64,000 nt of DNA from Chania sp. (lineage in GTDB: Bacteria; Pseudomonadota; Gammaproteobacteria; Enterobacterales; Enterobacteriaceae). The position numbers were made by a program, and so were the translations under genes. The DNA lies in contig JBAQHZ010000547.1 of NCBI GenBank assembly GCA_049288585.1, positions 611 to 64,610 on the forward strand, written 5' to 3'. Shown in pieces: positions 60,401-64,000 of the stretch. Under the pieces are notes generated by a model. That model worked only from the letters and a program-made list of their open reading frames with translations, did not search any database and had not been told where the DNA came from. Each line of letters starts with the position of its first letter. The stretch's first letter is position 1.

Positions 60401-61192
60401 ATGCTGATCCTGAGTGCTGAGTTGCAGTAACAGGCTAGTGATCGATACGTCGTTATCGCCGGTCAAACGCAGCTGTTCACCGCTGATTTGTTGGACGGTG
60501 ATATCAAGCGGCAAGTGGATTTCCGGCAAATCCGGCAACAGCGGCTTGCTGAACAACGCTTGCAGCGTTTCAGCCAGCGGTTTTTCTGCGGCCGTTGCTT
60601 CCGCCGCCTTCTTCGCTACCTCGTCAGCGGCAAGTACCGGCGCTTTTGGCAAAGCGATCAGCAAAGCGCGGATTGAGGTGGGTTGCAACGTTAATGCACG
60701 CTGCTGCCACTGAGCACCAGTGCGGAACTCCCCGAGCGAAATAGCGGTATCGTCCACGCTGACCTTGACGTTATTCAACGCCAACAGACGTAATGCGATC
60801 GGGTACGGCGTGCTGAGGTTGGTGAGCGGCTCACTGGTTTCCGTCACCGGAGCAGATGGCGGCATTTCGGCGGTTTTCACCACCACATCCACATCTTGCG
60901 CAGTCAACGCATTGATACACAATGAGCTGTGTTTCAGGCATGAGAGATCGAGCGACAGATGGAACTGCCCGGCGTTAACCGCGACCCCTGGCATCTGGTA
61001 TTTCACGCCTTTCAGCGTCAAATCACGCCAGCCACCGCTGACGGCGGCAATTTCCAGCCCCGGAACCCAACGTACTGCGCCGTTGATCACCATATGCAAG
61101 CCGGTAGTGGTACCCAGCAAAAACGCCAGCGTTCCCACCAGCAGGAACAACAGGATCAGGAACCCCAGACAAATCTTTTTTACCAGGCTCAT
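57422..61192 (-). CDS. tamB: Translocation and assembly module inner-membrane subunit TamB (YtfN)
   Basis: 1256-aa ORF with an N-terminal signal-anchor and a DUF490-type C-terminus ending ...[21 protein letters not shown]. It has an ATGA overlap with tamA. Confidence 0.95.
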   Translation of the reverse strand: MSLVKKICLGFLILLFLLVGTLAFLLGTTTGLHMVINGAVRWVPGLEIAAVSGGWRDLTLKGVKYQMPGVAVNAGQFHLSLDLSCLKHSSLCINALTAQDVDVVVKTAEMPPSAPVTETSEPLTNLSTPYPIALRLLALNNVKVSVDDTAISLGEFRTGAQWQQRALTLQPTSIRALLIALPKAPVLAADEVAKKAAEATAAEKPLAETLQALFSKPLLPDLPEIHLPLDITVQQISGEQLRLTGDNDVSITSLLLQLSTQDQHIQLDSFVVKSPQGSLSAKGQATLTGNWPVEMTINSALNIDPLKGEKVKLNIGGALREELKLALNLSGPVSAQLDAQTQLAQAGLPLALTLQSKRLKWPLTGEAQYQVNDLRLRLNGKAADYALSTRANFQGQDLPPAVITLDGKGNLAQFRLERLRVAALQGNTDLTALVDWSKAISWTSQLTLSGINTAKQWPEWPARLEGKITTRGSLHGGSWQLQVPVLQLDGNVKQNKVSARGTLSGNAAGQWRIPGIEVALGRNTLSAKGQLDEKNWNLDANIDAPRLDGALPGLGGTVRGQLKLRGNLQAPQLLADLTALGLQWQALHINRVKVDGDVRSADQIQGQLTVRVEQLKQDALQVNLLTLDARGSERQHQLQLNIEGKPVSGQLQLSGSFDRQQQRWRGELNNTRFDTPVGEWRLTRSIALDYLNAQQRVSVGPHCWQNPNAELCVPRTIEAGASGQASVVLNRFDLAMIKPFLGPDTAMSGVFSGRADVSWQPGGALPQARVSLVGNSVKVVQQMQGSALPIAFETLNLNAGMNNGRVQADWLIKLVNNGQFNGNIQITDPQVRRNISGNVNITNISMDLLKPMLTQGEKASGMLNANLQLGGSAQRPLVFGRLALDKAMITGHWMPFDMTEGRLAVNFNGMTSTLEGLLSTTHGQLNLAGDADWHDINAWRARIAAKGNQLRVTIPPMVRIDVSPDLVFEATPQLFALNGSVDIPWARITVQELPESAVGISRDEVMLNNRLEPIKPATAGIPINSNLMVRIGNDVRLDAFGLKAVLRGNLRVIQDQNGLGLNGHIDIPSGRFHAYGQDLIVRKGQLLFSGPPDQPLLNIEAVRNPDATQDGVTAGVRVTGMADAPRLEVFSDPTLSQQEALSYLLRGQGLGATGADGNAMTSMLIGMGVAQSGQLVGKIGEAFGVSNLALDTEGVGDSSQVVVSGYVLPGLQVKYGVGIFDSLATLTLRYRLMPRLYLEAVSGIDQALDVLYQFEF

Positions 61193-62925
61193 AGTTCAGG
61201 CCCCAAACCGATATAAAACTGTACGCCGTGGGTTTCTTGATCCCCAATCGGTGCAGCGATATCTAATTTCACCGGCCCAACCGGTGACTGCCAGCGCACG
61301 CCAACGCCCGCACCGGTTTTAATATCCCGCTGTCTGATATCGTTCACCGCTTCCCCCGAGTCAACAAACATCGCACCCCACCAGCGGCCGGTCACGTTGT
61401 ATTGATATTCCAACGAACCGGTCAGCATTTTAGAGGCGCCGGTCAGTTTGCCACTGTCATCACGCGGAGAAACACCCTGGAATTTGTAACCACGAATACT
61501 GCGATCGCCACCGGCGAAGAAACGCAGATCCGGCGGTATTCTGTCGAAGTTGTTGGTTTCAATCCATCCCACCTGAGCACGGGTCACAAAACGGTGTTTT
61601 TCCGCCAAGGTGCGGATCCAGACGTTTTGTGCCTGCAACAGCGCAAAATCGACGTCAGAGCCCCAAGTGGTGTCTGAAACATCTATCGAATAGCGTTGGC
61701 TGTCCCCCCAGACCGGCATCAGGCCACCGCGCACGCGCGTGCGGTTAATGGTGGCACCGGGATAAAGCAGCATGGTGGTGTCGGTGACCAAGCCTTGGGT
61801 AAAGTGGTCCAAACGCCAGCTCATCGTTAACGCTCGCTGCCAGCCGCTGGAGAGATCCCAGTTACGTGAAACCACCATTTTGGTACTGTCAGATTTGGTG
61901 TCATTCAGATCGGTACGCTTGAAACCGCCTTGCAGCAGGTAATACTGCTCAAGAGGGCTTCTCAGCAAGGGTATGCGATAGGTCAAATCCAGCTGTTGCT
62001 CCGGTGCCGAAATACTGGCACTGGTGGTCAGGCTCTGGCCGCGATCGTTCAGCCAGGGCTTGCGCCAGGTCCCTCTCACTCGCGGGCCGATGTCGGTAGA
62101 AAAACCGCCGCCCAACTCCATAATATTGCTGTTGCGTGGGGTAACCAGCGCATCTAGCGGCAACATCTTGTTCTCTTTGGCATCGTGAAAATCAGGAGAC
62201 ACCACCACCGAGTTAAACCAGTTAGTGGCAGATAAACGACGGTTCAGCTCAGCCAGATCGCTCGAGTCGTAATAGTCTCCCTGATGAAAGGGCACCAGAT
62301 TTTGCAGATAGTCTTCGCGGATTTGCGATCCCTGGAACTTCACCTTGCCAAAGCGGTAACGATCGCCACTGTCAAAGTCGATGTCCCAAAATGCCTTATG
62401 CAGTTCCTGCGCAACACCAAGCTGGCTCTTGGCCATGTTGGCATCGAAGTAACCTTTACGCAGCGCCAGCCCGGTCAGTGAGTTCCTAAAGCTGTCGTAT
62501 TCACCGTGGTTAAGGATTTCACCCAGGGTCGGGCGGCTGGTTTTGACCAGCGTGAGGTAGTCTTCGTCGGTTCGCGCGCCGCCTTCCAGGTTGATATTTG
62601 CGCCGGCAATCCGCACCGGCTCACCGGGGTTGACCTTGGCGTACAGCACCGGGCGCGAAAGCGTCGGGCGATCGTCCAGCGTAAACTCAATCGTCGGCTC
62701 ATAGTATCCCAACGGCCGTAAGCCCTGACGAATAGCAGCGTCAACCCGTGCGCGAAAACGCCCTTCAGCGCTCACCTCTTCCGGCGTGATCCCCGAAAGA
62801 CGCACGCGAACGTTTCTATCCAAATCCCCACTCAGGCCTTGAACCTGTAGCCGCAGATTCGCCGCAAGCACCGATGGCGCAGCGAACAGCGCACATAAAA
62901 CGCAAAGGACCGGGTATCGTGGCAC
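61189..62925 (-). CDS. tamA: Translocation and assembly module outer-membrane subunit TamA (YtfM, Omp85 family)
   Basis: 578-aa ORF with a GTG start (AAGGAG 6 nt upstream). It has signal ...[26 protein letters not shown] domains and a barrel ending ...FYIGLGPEL, collinear with E. coli TamA. Confidence 0.95.
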   Translation of the reverse strand: MPRYPVLCVLCALFAAPSVLAANLRLQVQGLSGDLDRNVRVRLSGITPEEVSAEGRFRARVDAAIRQGLRPLGYYEPTIEFTLDDRPTLSRPVLYAKVNPGEPVRIAGANINLEGGARTDEDYLTLVKTSRPTLGEILNHGEYDSFRNSLTGLALRKGYFDANMAKSQLGVAQELHKAFWDIDFDSGDRYRFGKVKFQGSQIREDYLQNLVPFHQGDYYDSSDLAELNRRLSATNWFNSVVVSPDFHDAKENKMLPLDALVTPRNSNIMELGGGFSTDIGPRVRGTWRKPWLNDRGQSLTTSASISAPEQQLDLTYRIPLLRSPLEQYYLLQGGFKRTDLNDTKSDSTKMVVSRNWDLSSGWQRALTMSWRLDHFTQGLVTDTTMLLYPGATINRTRVRGGLMPVWGDSQRYSIDVSDTTWGSDVDFALLQAQNVWIRTLAEKHRFVTRAQVGWIETNNFDRIPPDLRFFAGGDRSIRGYKFQGVSPRDDSGKLTGASKMLTGSLEYQYNVTGRWWGAMFVDSGEAVNDIRQRDIKTGAGVGVRWQSPVGPVKLDIAAPIGDQETHGVQFYIGLGPEL

Positions 62926-63150
62926 AGGTTCTCCTTAGTTTATTTTATTTCCTGCCAATACCTTTGCTCTGGAGCCCGGCATCTTCTGTTACCGAAAACA
63001 AGACGCATTCTTGGCTTTTTGCGCTCAAAATACTGCGTTAAGCTTATACATAAACACAACATAAGACTTATTGTGGGCAAAGAAGTTGCCAGTTACAACT
63101 GACACACGCCTCTATTAGGTCAATTCTTACTGCAACTACAGGAGTAAACC

Positions 63151-63792
63151 GTGGTGCAATTCCTTGATAAGCCTCAAACTATCGATCAGGCCAATGCGTT
63201 ACCTGGCCGTACCACGCCCATGCAGATGGCAACCCTCAACGAGGTGACCGGCCACTCCATGACGGCAGTGCCTGAAGGGATGGAAATCGCGATCTTCGGC
63301 ATGGGTTGCTTCTGGGGTGTCGAACGCCTGTACTGGCAACAAGCCGGGGTTTACAGCACCGCAGCCGGTTACAGCGGTGGGTACACGCCAAACCCGACCT
63401 ATCGCGAGGTGTGCAGCGGCCAGACCGGCCATGCCGAAGTGGTGCGCGTGGTGTTTGATCCGCAAGTTACCCGCTATCAACACCTGCTACAGGTATTCTG
63501 GGAAAACCACGATCCCGCGCAGGGGATGCGTCAGGGCGGAGATATCGGTACACAGTATCGTTCTGCTATCTACTTTCTATCGCCCGAGCAGCAGGCAGAA
63601 GCGCAACACAGCCTGCAACGCTTCCAGCAGGCGATGAATGAGGCGAATGATAAACGCACCATCACCACCGAAATAGCTGCCGCGCGGTCATTTTATTACG
63701 CCGAGGACGAGCACCAGCAGTATCTGCACAAAAACCCTGGTGGCTATTGCGGCCTGGGAGGGATCGGGGTTTGTCTGCCGCCGCAGGGTTAA
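63151..63792 (+). CDS. msrA: Peptide-methionine (S)-S-oxide reductase
   Basis: 213-aa ORF with a GTG start (AGGAG 6 nt upstream). It has active-site GMGCFWG and C-terminus ...[15 protein letters not shown], collinear with E. coli MsrA, and is divergent from tamA. Confidence 0.9.
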   Translation: MVQFLDKPQTIDQANALPGRTTPMQMATLNEVTGHSMTAVPEGMEIAIFGMGCFWGVERLYWQQAGVYSTAAGYSGGYTPNPTYREVCSGQTGHAEVVRVVFDPQVTRYQHLLQVFWENHDPAQGMRQGGDIGTQYRSAIYFLSPEQQAEAQHSLQRFQQAMNEANDKRTITTEIAAARSFYYAEDEHQQYLHKNPGGYCGLGGIGVCLPPQG

Positions 63793-63894
63793 CCCGTTGA
63801 CCAGCGGTAAATTTTTAACCGCTGGCGGCCCTCACAGGGCTACTGCTATACTATGCAGGCTGCGTTTGCAGCCTGATAGCTTCTTTCTAGCTTT

Positions 63895-64000
<106 letters not shown>

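Overview
This is chromosomal DNA from an Enterobacterales genome. ERIC repeats, basRS next to dacB and about 50-55% G+C by eye suggest Yersiniaceae, but the species cannot be determined from the sequence alone. About 85% of the window is conserved core that I recognise from memory of E. coli orthologs: btsT-yjiX-yjiA; yhbS-ubiT and divergent ubiU-ubiV; yhbW; yedE-yedF; deaD, nlpI, pnp-rpsO, truB-rbfA-infB-nusA-rimP-metY; leuU-secG, glmM-folP-ftsH-rlmE; yhbY, greA, dacB; a BasRS/PmrAB-like two-component pair; obgE-yhbE-rpmA-rplU; ispB, sfsB, mdh, argR, a yhcN-family gene, mpl, fbp, ppa, ytfP-tamB-tamA and msrA. Accessory material sits in a few small slots. (a) A patch at about 4.3-9.4 kb holds a small lipoprotein, an orphan HNH nuclease, an autotransporter with a PAP2 phosphatase-type passenger, and a heavily structured intergenic element. 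(b) A roughly 7-kb chaperone-usher fimbrial islet lies between ubiV and yhbW. It has a very AT-rich atypical winged-helix regulator and an ERIC repeat inside the operon. (c) A phage-Mu-like c-repressor/ner divergent pair has no prophage attached. (d) A secreted Cys-based (HCX5R) phosphatase lies between fbp and ppa. Three ERIC copies are present, one cut by the window end. I found no CRISPR array, rRNA, IS element, transposase or integrase. I also found no convincing multi-gene novel system. The best leads are the PAP2-autotransporter, the Mu c/ner-like module, the element at 9201-9325 bounded by inverted repeats, and the fimbrial regulator. Ortholog calls rest on by-eye comparison with remembered protein sequences. 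No database search was run.
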